Origin: a virus
Lineage: Duplodnaviria; Heunggongvirae; Uroviricota; Caudoviricetes
Strand: one strand, 5' to 3'
IMG/VR virus record: IMGVR_UViG_3300042885_000900
DNA: 64,000 bases
Shown here: positions 8,984-17,227 of the stretch, one piece after another
Numbering within the stretch: the stretch's first letter is position 1
How the letters are laid out: each line of letters opens with the position of its first letter
The notes under the pieces: generated by a model
What the model was told of the DNA's origin: nothing
Databases searched by the model: none
Seen by the model: the letters and a program-made list of their open reading frames with translations, nothing else
Made by a program: the position numbers and the translations under genes

Positions 8984-9547
8984 TTAATAGAATGTTTTTA
9001 ATTTCATATATGGTTCCAAATTATACTTGTCTATTATCTGTTTGAAGATTTGTTGTCTGTGTCTTAAACCTAATGTATTTTTTTGAGTGATAAAACCATA
9101 ACCAAATCCTGAATCCCCACTTAACCCCACAACTTTATAATAGGGTTGGTCATGAAGTTTTATTGGGTATAATCTTGCGGTGAACTTATACATCATATGG
9201 TCTTTGGCTCCGAATCTAAAATCACCCAATTCTTTTTCACCACGATGTTGTAGTCGTGTATTATCATTTAACCCAAGTTTTTCTACCAACGCGTCATGTA
9301 AATATAAAGACTTTTTGTCTACCGACATATATGCAAGTGGTGTGTGAGTATCTTCACTGAACTTCATAATATCTCCATCATAAAGAACACTTATTAAATA
9401 ATCAATCCCACCTATTAATTTAGATGTTACATCCATCCCTAATTTTTTTAACATGGATTTCATGGAATCTTTTTTTGATTCAGATTCTTCGGATATAACC
9501 CCACCCATCATTTGTTTTACTCTATCTATGTTCTCTTGTAAGTTCAT
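8984..9547 (-). CDS. MNLQ-leader family protein. Function unknown.
   Basis: N-terminus MNLQENIDRVKQMMGGVISE. Confidence 0.65.
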   Translation of the reverse strand: MNLQENIDRVKQMMGGVISEESESKKDSMKSMLKKLGMDVTSKLIGGIDYLISVLYDGDIMKFSEDTHTPLAYMSVDKKSLYLHDALVEKLGLNDNTRLQHRGEKELGDFRFGAKDHMMYKFTARLYPIKLHDQPYYKVVGLSGDSGFGYGFITQKNTLGLRHRQQIFKQIIDKYNLEPYMKLKTFY

Positions 9548-9550
9548 AAT

Positions 9551-9985
9551 TTATATCTTTATTTTACCAACAAAACATATTATTGACGTTAAACCTAATT
9601 CTCTTAACGCGTTTGCTCTGTGTGTCCCATCAATAATATCATACTCTTTAGTTAAAACTATTGGTGGATATGATTGTAATTCTTTGAATAATTCTATATA
9701 TTCCTCTAAATCATCTTCATCAATTTGATATACATCCATATCTATCTCATCAATAGGTATCTCTCTTACAACATAATACGGGTATTCCTCAATTCTATCC
9801 CCTAAATCCCCCTCCCAAAAATCTTCCTTTCTTTTATAATGTAACTTTTGGACATATGTATAAATTTCCGATTCTTCATATACATCACCAACCATTACAT
9901 TTGTGTTTGTAAATATGTGTGAGGTATTCTCATTAATAACCCCCATCATTTGTTTTATCCTGTTTGTTTGCTCTTGTAAGTTCAT
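9551..9985 (-). CDS. MNLQ-leader family protein with a ParB-like nuclease domain
   Basis: N-terminus MNLQEQTNRIKQMMGVINE. The motif IIDGTHRANALRELG is ParB N-terminal-like. Confidence 0.6.
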   Translation of the reverse strand: MNLQEQTNRIKQMMGVINENTSHIFTNTNVMVGDVYEESEIYTYVQKLHYKRKEDFWEGDLGDRIEEYPYYVVREIPIDEIDMDVYQIDEDDLEEYIELFKELQSYPPIVLTKEYDIIDGTHRANALRELGLTSIICFVGKIKI

Positions 9986-10033
9986 ACATATAAATATAAA
10001 AAAAAGGGAAATGTTACTTTCCCCCTCTTTTAA

Positions 10034-10660
10034 TTATCTTCTTATAAAGAAACTATCATCATCTCTCCTTATCTTCTTCATAAAGGAAAGGTAATCACCT
10101 GAATCTCTATACCCTAATGTTAATACAAGCGTGGATTTTAATCCTAATTCATCAAGCCCTAATACCTCATCTACTTGTTCCGGTATAAATCCCTCCATTG
10201 GCGTTGAATCTATTCCCTCTAGTGCTGATGCAACTAATGAGAACCCTAACCCTATATATGTTTGTTTCTGAGCCCATATTGTCTTCTGTTCCTCCGACAT
10301 ATTATTGATTGTTCCTATCATCATATTTTTGAAATCATTTAACCCCTCTATAGGAATATTTCTTTGTGTTGCCGTATCATTGATATATTTCTCCACCGAT
10401 TCTTCGTTGATTGTTTCCCATACAGCAAACACCAATACAGTTGATGAATCCTTTAGTTGTGGCTGTCCGTAGCACGCCGGAACCAATCGTTCTTTTAACT
10501 CTTGGTCCTCGATGACTATCACCTGATATGGCGTTAGCCCGTATGAACTAGGTGCCAACTTGGTTGCCTGCAATATTCTATCTAATTTGTCTTGAGGTAT
10601 TTTATCCCCATTCATTTTCTTGGTGGCATATCTCCACTCTAACGACTCTAATAATCCCAT
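10034..10660 (-). CDS. Nitroreductase-family protein
   Basis: The N-terminal RYATKKM...IPQDKLDRILQA..LAPSS.GLTPYQVIVI pattern is typical of NfsB-type nitroreductases. Confidence 0.65.
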   Translation of the reverse strand: MGLLESLEWRYATKKMNGDKIPQDKLDRILQATKLAPSSYGLTPYQVIVIEDQELKERLVPACYGQPQLKDSSTVLVFAVWETINEESVEKYINDTATQRNIPIEGLNDFKNMMIGTINNMSEEQKTIWAQKQTYIGLGFSLVASALEGIDSTPMEGFIPEQVDEVLGLDELGLKSTLVLTLGYRDSGDYLSFMKKIRRDDDSFFIRR

Positions 10661-10758
10661 AATATATCTTTTTGTTAATGAATAAGTAATTCTTCCCGGA
10701 TAATCAATATTATTGTTTTAATTTTGTCAAATAATTTGGTGGGATAGTTTTTATTACT

Positions 10759-10766
10759 TATCTTTG
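10759..10766 (+). promoter_or_regulatory. TATCTTTG box (Bacteroidota -7 consensus TAnnTTTG), 18 nt before the ATG of 10785..11507
   Basis: The same octamer appears upstream of plus-strand genes at 15366-15373 and 17765-17772. Confidence 0.55.
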
Positions 10767-10784
10767 CCCTCTAATTTAATTACT

Positions 10785-11507
10785 ATGAAAAACATACACG
10801 TATTACCAACAGAAAATTCAAGTAGAGTATCTTACAACAAAGATGGTGTTTTAGAATTACATAGACTTCAATGGAGAAAGAATACTCAAAACATCTATAT
10901 CACTTCTGATGAAGAAATTAAAGAAGGGGATTGGTATATTCATAAACAAATCAATTATTTGAGAGTATCTAATTCAAATTCTATACCAATGGATGCTAAA
11001 AAAATCATCCTAACAACAGACCAAGACCTAATCAAAGATGGTGTACAAGCTATTCCTGATGAGTTTTTAGAATGGTTTGTTAAGAATCCAAGTTGTGAGA
11101 AAGTTGAGGTTGTTAAAGAAATTAATAAATCTATATCTGCAAAAGAACCTTATTATAAATACAAAATCATCATTCCAGAAGAAGAACAAAAACAACATCT
11201 TATTGATATGATGGAACAAGATGAGCAATTAGGATTGTATCAAGAACCTAAAAAAGAAACACTTGAAGAAGCTGTTGCTAAAAAATTATATCCACTTAAT
11301 GATGGGTTTCAAGTAATGGATATTGATATTAGTGAAGAATTACAATTAGCTTTCCTTAACGGTGCTAAATGGCAACAAGAAAGAAGTTATAGTAAGGAAG
11401 AGGTTGAAACAATAGCTAAAGATGCTTATACTATGGGTAGAAATAATATTCTTATAGGAGTATTTAATAAATGGTTTGAGCAATTTAAAAAGAAAATAAG
11501 TATATGA
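10785..11507 (+). CDS. Modular-array protein A: N-module (MKNIHxLPT...IYITSDEEIKEGDW...KIILTTDQ) plus C-module (GAKWQQE...FEQFKKK)
   Basis: TATCTTTG box at 10759-10766. Paralogous to 11791.., 13493.. and 18057... Confidence 0.7.
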   Translation: MKNIHVLPTENSSRVSYNKDGVLELHRLQWRKNTQNIYITSDEEIKEGDWYIHKQINYLRVSNSNSIPMDAKKIILTTDQDLIKDGVQAIPDEFLEWFVKNPSCEKVEVVKEINKSISAKEPYYKYKIIIPEEEQKQHLIDMMEQDEQLGLYQEPKKETLEEAVAKKLYPLNDGFQVMDIDISEELQLAFLNGAKWQQERSYSKEEVETIAKDAYTMGRNNILIGVFNKWFEQFKKKISI

Positions 11508-11794
11508 AAAAAACAATTGAAGAAGTTGCTGAAAGATTAGTAAAAGAAACTACATTGTACGGAAGCCAAGAAGCTAGTATTGGAAGTTCTGCTAGAAGTT
11601 ATTTTGAAACAGAATTACGATGTGTGTTGTTGGGTATGAAATGGCAACAAGAACAAGACAAGAAAATGTATAGTGAGTTGGTTGATTTATTGGAAAGATT
11701 AACGACAATTTATAAAGAAGATTGTCATTTAGATATTAAGTACGATAAAAAAAGATTAGAATTTATTGAACAATTTAAAAAGAAATCATTATGA
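11504..11794 (+). CDS. Modular-array protein B. Free-standing C-module (KWQQEQDK...EQFKKK).
   Basis: ATGA overlap with both neighbours. Shared motifs. Confidence 0.6.
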   Translation: MKKTIEEVAERLVKETTLYGSQEASIGSSARSYFETELRCVLLGMKWQQEQDKKMYSELVDLLERLTTIYKEDCHLDIKYDKKRLEFIEQFKKKSL

Positions 11795-12540
11795 AAAACA
11801 TACATTTATTACCAACAGATAAACCAAGTAGGTTATACTTAACAAAAGAAGGGTTTTATTTTTTATTACCTAACATTAAAGGTAATGCTGTGAAATTTCA
11901 ACACATTTACATCACTTCTGATGAAGAAATTAAAGAAGGAGATTGGTTTTATAATATAATATCTTTAAAACCTGAACCATTTAAGGCTTGTGAAAATGGT
12001 AATGGATATGTAAATTGTAGTAAATATTCACATAATAGAATTGATTGTAAAAAAATCATCCTAACAACAGACCAAGAATTAATCAAAGAGGGTGTACAAG
12101 CTATTGATGAGGATTTTTTAGAATGGTTTGTTAAAAATCCAAGTTGTGAAAAGATTGAAGTAAATAAAAGTTATAGCGGTATTTATTATATCAAATATCC
12201 TTACAAAATCATCATTCCACAAGAAGAACCTAAACAAGATGAAATTGATTTTATGGCTAATGAACTAGTTATAGAAAAAGAAAAATTTGAAAGTAAAGAA
12301 ACACTTGAACAAGAAACTTGTAATTTTTGTGGTAAAACATTAAGAGAACAGATGAAAGGTTGTGGTGAAATAACTTGTTATAGACAGTTTTTACCTAAAC
12401 AAGAAACACTTGAAGATTTCTGCACTAGAGAACTATCAAATTTTAATGATAATGTAAGAAATACTCAGTTCGATTTAGGTTTTAGAACTGGAGCCATTAT
12501 TGGACTTAGATTTCCAAAAGAAAGAAGTTATAATGAGTAA
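11791..12540 (+). CDS. Modular-array protein C: N-module plus a Cys-rich segment. It is truncated by an in-frame TAA relative to its paralogs.
   Basis: Paralog alignment. The downstream in-frame remnant ends IIEQFKKK. Confidence 0.6.
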   Translation: MKNIHLLPTDKPSRLYLTKEGFYFLLPNIKGNAVKFQHIYITSDEEIKEGDWFYNIISLKPEPFKACENGNGYVNCSKYSHNRIDCKKIILTTDQELIKEGVQAIDEDFLEWFVKNPSCEKIEVNKSYSGIYYIKYPYKIIIPQEEPKQDEIDFMANELVIEKEKFESKETLEQETCNFCGKTLREQMKGCGEITCYRQFLPKQETLEDFCTRELSNFNDNVRNTQFDLGFRTGAIIGLRFPKERSYNE

Positions 12541-12687
12541 GAAGCTAGATCTTCTTTAACAGATTTGTCGTTAGTTAATCCTGCTCATTTAACAATGACA
12601 AGTGATGGTTATGGAGAGTTTCCTGATAGTTATAAATTAACTGAAAAAGGCATTAACTACATTATTGAACAATTTAAAAAGAAATAA
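12541..12687 (+). pseudogene. In-frame continuation of gene C after its stop. It encodes ...MTSDGYGEFPDSYKLTEKGINYIIEQFKKK, a detached C-module remnant, or a site of stop-codon readthrough.
   Basis: I translated this region myself. It is in the same frame as 11791..12540 and ends with the family-typical EQFKKK stop. Confidence 0.4.
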
Positions 12688-12688
12688 G

Positions 12689-12997
12689 ATGAAAAAAGAA
12701 ACACTTGAAGATTTTACCAAAGAAGTATTGCAAGATGAATTTTTTACAAATATGGCTGAATACGGAAAAGCTGAAAGACTTATTGAAATTGGAGCTAAAT
12801 GGCAACAAGAACAAGACAAGAATAAGTATAGTGAACAAGATATTTTAGATATAAATAATTGGTATTTGGAAACTTTTTTAGATGATGCTCTAGGTTTAAA
12901 TGGTAATGATGCTGAACAAAAAGTAAAGCATTTATCAGGTAAAGGTCTTACAAAAGAAGTTTTAGATTATTGGTTTGAACAAATTAAAAAGAAATAA
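12689..12997 (+). CDS. Modular-array protein D, C-module only (MKKETLED...GAKWQQEQDK...WFEQIKKK)
   Basis: ATG start chosen over the TTG start in the ORF track. Confidence 0.55.
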   Translation: MKKETLEDFTKEVLQDEFFTNMAEYGKAERLIEIGAKWQQEQDKNKYSEQDILDINNWYLETFLDDALGLNGNDAEQKVKHLSGKGLTKEVLDYWFEQIKKK

Positions 12998-12998
12998 G

Positions 12999-13262
12999 AT
13001 GAAAGAAACACTTGAAGAAGTAAAAGATTTAGCATACTACAGAGCTAATGCAGAAGAAGATTATTTGCAAGTGCCAATAAGTGTATTGAGGTATATCTCT
13101 GAGCTTGAAGAAAAAAGTTATAGTGAGGAAGATATGAAACAATTTGCTTGGGAATGTGTTGCCAATTTTCTTTCTAATAGTGATAATAAGGTGGAAATGG
13201 CACTTGTAGAAGTTATTATGGATAGAAACAGTAAACAGTTTGAACAATTTAAAAAGAAATAA
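12999..13262 (+). CDS. Modular-array protein E, C-module variant (MKETLEEV...FEQFKKK)
   Basis: ATG chosen over the TTG start. Confidence 0.55.
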   Translation: MKETLEEVKDLAYYRANAEEDYLQVPISVLRYISELEEKSYSEEDMKQFAWECVANFLSNSDNKVEMALVEVIMDRNSKQFEQFKKK

Positions 13263-13265
13263 GAT

Positions 13266-13496
13266 ATGGACTTTAGAACAGAATTATCAAAATGGGGCTA
13301 TAATAAAGGAAATTCAGTTGATGTTGAAACATTAATAGATGAAATATTGCCTGAATTATTTCTTAAACAAGAAAGAAGTTATAGTGAGGAAGAGGTTGAA
13401 ACAATAGCTAAAGATGCTTATACTATGGGTAGATATAATATTCTTATAGGAGTATTTAATAAATGGTTTGAACAATTTAAAAAGAAATCATTATGA
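13266..13496 (+). CDS. Modular-array protein F, C-module only. Its 45-aa C-terminus is nearly identical to that of protein A.
   Basis: ERSYSEEEVETIAKDAYTMGRYNILIGVFNKWFEQFKKK. Confidence 0.6.
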   Translation: MDFRTELSKWGYNKGNSVDVETLIDEILPELFLKQERSYSEEEVETIAKDAYTMGRYNILIGVFNKWFEQFKKKSL

Positions 13497-14443
13497 AAAA
13501 CATACATTTATTACCAACAGATAAACCAAGTAGGTTATACTTAACAACACACGAATATATTTTTGAAGAAGGATACTCTTTATCAACTGATGAATGTGAA
13601 AACAAACATATCTACATCACTTCTGATGAAGAAATTAAAAAAGGAGATTGGTATTATCTTCCAAGAACAAATTCAGTTTATAAATGTATTGAAGCAACTG
13701 AATTAAACTTAGAAAGAAGTTATGGCGTAGCTAAAATCATTCTAACAACAGACCCTGAGCTTATCAAAACTGGTGTACAAGCTATTGATGATGAGTTTTT
13801 AGAATGGTTTGTTAAAAATTCAAGCTGTGAGAAGGTTGAAGTAAATAAAAGTTATAGCGGTATTTATTATATCAAATATCCTTACAAAATCATCATTCCA
13901 CAAGAAGAACCTAAACAAGATTGGTATTGTCCTAAATGCCAAAGTTATGTTAGTTCAGAAAGTGTAACATTTGAAGAAACACATCAAATATGTAATACAA
14001 GTGTTGTTATAAAAGAACCTAAACAATCAACTAAAGATAGAATATTATCTGAAACACCTGAGTTAGTAAAACAAAAAGTAAGAGAAACTGCTAATAAGTT
14101 AGTGGAACCTAAACAAGAAACACTTGAAGAAGTCGCATTAAAATTATATCCAATTATTTTAGAATATGATGATTGGGATAAAAATAAGCAATACAGAGAT
14201 GAATGGATTAACGGTGCTAAATGGCAACAAGAAAATATACCCATTTGTATTTATGCTGAAAATATTTACTGTCATATTGAAAATGGAGTTGTAATTGTTG
14301 AGAAAAATGATAAATCGGTAATAAGTTATAGTGAGGAAGATATGAGAAAAGCTATTCAAGAAACAATTACTTTGATGAGGTATAAAGCCACTGAATTTAG
14401 AGAACACGAAAATACTATAATTGGACGATTTAAAAAGAAATAA
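13493..14443 (+). CDS. Modular-array protein G: N-module, CxxC segment and C-module
   Basis: Paralog of A and C. Ends RFKKK. Confidence 0.7.
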   Translation: MKNIHLLPTDKPSRLYLTTHEYIFEEGYSLSTDECENKHIYITSDEEIKKGDWYYLPRTNSVYKCIEATELNLERSYGVAKIILTTDPELIKTGVQAIDDEFLEWFVKNSSCEKVEVNKSYSGIYYIKYPYKIIIPQEEPKQDWYCPKCQSYVSSESVTFEETHQICNTSVVIKEPKQSTKDRILSETPELVKQKVRETANKLVEPKQETLEEVALKLYPIILEYDDWDKNKQYRDEWINGAKWQQENIPICIYAENIYCHIENGVVIVEKNDKSVISYSEEDMRKAIQETITLMRYKATEFREHENTIIGRFKKK

Positions 14444-14469
14444 ACCATTCTTATTTATCTCCCCTCGTA

Positions 14470-14736
14470 TTACCATAGAACCGCATTACAATAACTATGG
14501 ACCGCACCTTCAGTCATATTGGTTTTATGACAATGTTGTAGATGTATTGGGTTATTTAAAAATCCCTCCGGAAACAATCGCCAATTTATTGGCTTCTTTG
14601 TTATTCTTTCAGGGGCAACCTCATCTAATGTCTCCCCACAATACATACATAGATTATCCTGTTCTTTGATATATTGTATTCTAACCTCTCTTCGTTGTTG
14701 AGGTTTTAATTTTGTATAATCTGTTGGTAATTTCAT
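14470..14736 (-). CDS. Small HNH-type zinc-finger nuclease
   Basis: CMYCG ... HLQHCH ... HSYCN matches the CxxC/H-N-H arrangement. Confidence 0.45.
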   Translation of the reverse strand: MKLPTDYTKLKPQQRREVRIQYIKEQDNLCMYCGETLDEVAPERITKKPINWRLFPEGFLNNPIHLQHCHKTNMTEGAVHSYCNAVLW

Positions 14737-14737
14737 A

Positions 14738-15304
14738 TTATTGGAGTCTCACAGGTATCTTATGTTTGGCACCATCGGTTCTTGAATATACAGCATATTG
14801 TGGTGTCATTATCATTTCATTATGCTCATCACCCAACATATTAATATAATCATTACCTTTGCCAGGTTTAAGATATGCAATAGTCATATGTGGATAATAG
14901 TCAGGGTAATCACTTGTGAATGGAAATTGTTTTAATTCCTCGTTTGTATCATTTAGATTATCCCCCATTATATCATACTTTAATACATCATACTTTGGGC
15001 TGTTGAAACAAGATAGGTTATGAGCTTTACAATTTGTGTATGTATATTTGTTTAACACATTAATTATGTCGTCAATACTCACCTCGTTATCGTGTAATCC
15101 GTATAATAATGTACAATGTGATTCCGGTTCTAAACCAAACCCCTCTTCTTCGGTGTATAAGTCATCAGGGTTTATCTTGTTGTGTAATTCCGTAATAGTA
15201 TCAGGGTTAAAGTATAACATTGCACAAGAATATGGATATACTTGTTTGTTCTCATTTATCCCCATCATTGTTTTGATTTTTGTTATCTGTTCGTTTAATT
15301 CCAT
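14738..15304 (-). CDS. 2H phosphoesterase (LigT-like) carrying a variant of the MNLQ leader (MELNEQITKIKTMMGINE)
   Basis: Two H-x-T-x motifs are present, HCTLLYGL and PHMTIAYL. Confidence 0.6.
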   Translation of the reverse strand: MELNEQITKIKTMMGINENKQVYPYSCAMLYFNPDTITELHNKINPDDLYTEEEGFGLEPESHCTLLYGLHDNEVSIDDIINVLNKYTYTNCKAHNLSCFNSPKYDVLKYDIMGDNLNDTNEELKQFPFTSDYPDYYPHMTIAYLKPGKGNDYINMLGDEHNEMIMTPQYAVYSRTDGAKHKIPVRLQ

Positions 15305-15390
15305 ATATGTTTCTTTTTATTTATAATAATAAGTATTTTTTACCACGTTATCAATAGGAATGTTTTATCTTTGTATGATATTTATTTAAT

Positions 15391-15732
15391 ATGAAAATAA
15401 TAATAACTGAAAGTAGATTGGGACAAATCGCCATTAATTGGTTAAATAAGAACTATGGTGATTTGGAACCATATGAAACCGGAAAATATCCTGAATATAT
15501 TTTCTATAAAAAAGGTAATGAAATAATCTTTGATTACAATAAAAAAAATGGGTTTGTTAATGTGAATTACGATGAAATTTGGTCATATTTTCAATCGTTT
15601 TTTGGTATGGAATATAAACAAATTCAAGACTTAACAAAGGTATGGGTGGAGGAACGTTACAATTTAAGGGTGACAAGAACCAAAACCATTGTATTCCTCG
15701 GGATTGATGGGTGGAGGAACGTTACAATTTAA
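15391..15732 (+). CDS. MKIIITE-family paralog. Its 3' end lies within a 32-bp direct repeat.
   Basis: TATCTTTG box at 15366-15373. Family C-terminus VWVEERYNLRV. Confidence 0.65.
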   Translation: MKIIITESRLGQIAINWLNKNYGDLEPYETGKYPEYIFYKKGNEIIFDYNKKNGFVNVNYDEIWSYFQSFFGMEYKQIQDLTKVWVEERYNLRVTRTKTIVFLGIDGWRNVTI

Positions 15733-15740
15733 GGGTGACA
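15644..15740 (+). repeat. 32-bp direct repeat gggtggaggaacgttacaatttaagggtgaca, two copies (15644-15675 and 15709-15740), with a degenerate third copy at 15772-15798
   Basis: Read directly from the sequence. It overlaps the 3' end of 15391..15732. Confidence 0.6.
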
Positions 15741-15987
15741 GAAACAACCTTTGCGACTTTAGCGTCTTTGCGGTGGTGGAGAAGGAACATTACAAATTAA
15801 TAGTAAATAGTAAAAACATAATAAGCTATAGATGTATTCTATAACTTATTATGGCTATAAGGTTCGGGACTTATTTTGTGGGTTTATAAGGTTTGGAACT
15901 TATATTACACATTTTGGTAATATGTGGTGAATTATACTTATCTTTGGTGAATTGTGGTTATATTAATCACCCGATGGTGAAATATAC

Positions 15988-16452
15988 TTATTTGTAATAG
16001 TTTAATGTGTCAAGCATAAATAGGAAAACATCATTTAATGTGTGATTATCAAAATTTTTGTATTTCTCCTTAAAATCTGATTCATGATAACCCTCGTAGT
16101 AAACATCTATTACAGCAGATTCCGGACCAAAATACTCTATCTGTCGTACCTCATCGCCTGATATACTATATGGGACAGGACTTAAACCTAATTCATATAT
16201 AGAAATTCCGATTGTATTATAAGGTTTTGCTAAATGTTGAACCGAATCTTTAATGAAATCAATCTTATCTTCTTTTGTTAAATTAAAACTATCACCATAC
16301 ATATTCTTAATAGTATCATAACCACCGAAAAGTTTAATGGTGTAATATAACCCCATCTTATCAATCATTTTTTGTATCTTTGTGGTCTTATCATCCTCAT
16401 TGATAACCCTCATCATTTGGTGGATTCTATGTATATTCTCTTGTAAGTTCAT
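15988..16452 (-). CDS. MNLQ-leader family protein. Start taken at the MNLQENIHRIHQMM Met.
   Basis: Conserved leader. The nucleotide context ttgtaagttcat is shared by all members. Confidence 0.6.
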   Translation of the reverse strand: MNLQENIHRIHQMMRVINEDDKTTKIQKMIDKMGLYYTIKLFGGYDTIKNMYGDSFNLTKEDKIDFIKDSVQHLAKPYNTIGISIYELGLSPVPYSISGDEVRQIEYFGPESAVIDVYYEGYHESDFKEKYKNFDNHTLNDVFLFMLDTLNYYK

Positions 16453-16453
16453 A

Positions 16454-17227
16454 TTATTTTTCTTCCGGTAATTTAGTATCTTTGATAAATTTCTTATGTG
16501 AATCCTTATATGATTTTTCTGTCTCATCATTCACATCTTTGGTATATTGCCAATTCCAATATAAATCATCGTTTGGTTTGAATCCGTAGAACTTATGAAC
16601 TTCTTTTTGTGTTTCACTTACAACTTCACCATTCCAATTCTGACCAACACAGATGAATCCTGTCTCAATATCCTCAACAAGATTTGATTCCCCCAATGTT
16701 GCGTGTCTGTTCTCAATCCAAGTCAATCTCTCAATTAAGTTTTGGTAGAACATATTGGTTTGTCCCCACCTTACCGAACTAAAGAATATAACTGCGTCTG
16801 ATTCAAATAACTCTTTGGATATCTTCCATAGTTCGTCTTTAGGATTATTAATACTTGCCCAACATCTATGGTCTCCGGATGGATTCTTTTTCTTATCTTT
16901 GAGCATTGACTTTAATATCCCACAGCTGTTCCCGTCTTTTCTTGATACATTCCCCTCACAAGGAACAATATTAAGTTCGGAAACATCAATTAATACTGAC
17001 TTATCACCCAACTCATCGTTAAGATACATTGCAATCATCTTTGATTTTGGTATGTCAAGGTTTTTTTCATCCCAATTATATCTGTTGGAACAACTCAATA
17101 ACAATACCTTTTTCTTTTTCTTTAGAATGTCTAATGTTTTCTTTATTGATTTCCATGCGTCCGATTGAACCATCTCCTCAGCAATCATCATCTCCCTTAT
17201 TCTTTGTATATTTTCTTGTAGGTTCAT
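16454..17227 (-). CDS. MNLQ-leader family protein with a flavodoxin-like / NAD(P)H-dependent FMN reductase-like domain
   Basis: N-terminus MNLQENIQRIREMMIAEE. The KKVLLLSCSNR...VIFFSSVRWGQ pattern is flavodoxin-like. Confidence 0.5.
   Translation of the reverse strand: MNLQENIQRIREMMIAEEMVQSDAWKSIKKTLDILKKKKKVLLLSCSNRYNWDEKNLDIPKSKMIAMYLNDELGDKSVLIDVSELNIVPCEGNVSRKDGNSCGILKSMLKDKKKNPSGDHRCWASINNPKDELWKISKELFESDAVIFFSSVRWGQTNMFYQNLIERLTWIENRHATLGESNLVEDIETGFICVGQNWNGEVVSETQKEVHKFYGFKPNDDLYWNWQYTKDVNDETEKSYKDSHKKFIKDTKLPEEK

Noticed and set aside
12637-14476. Minus-strand ORFs within the + strand modular array (12637-12819, 13029-13247, 13984-14244 and 14159-14476)
   Set aside because: They are fully nested antisense to conserved paralogous genes. 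The proteins are low-complexity and hydrophobic, and there are no promoter boxes.
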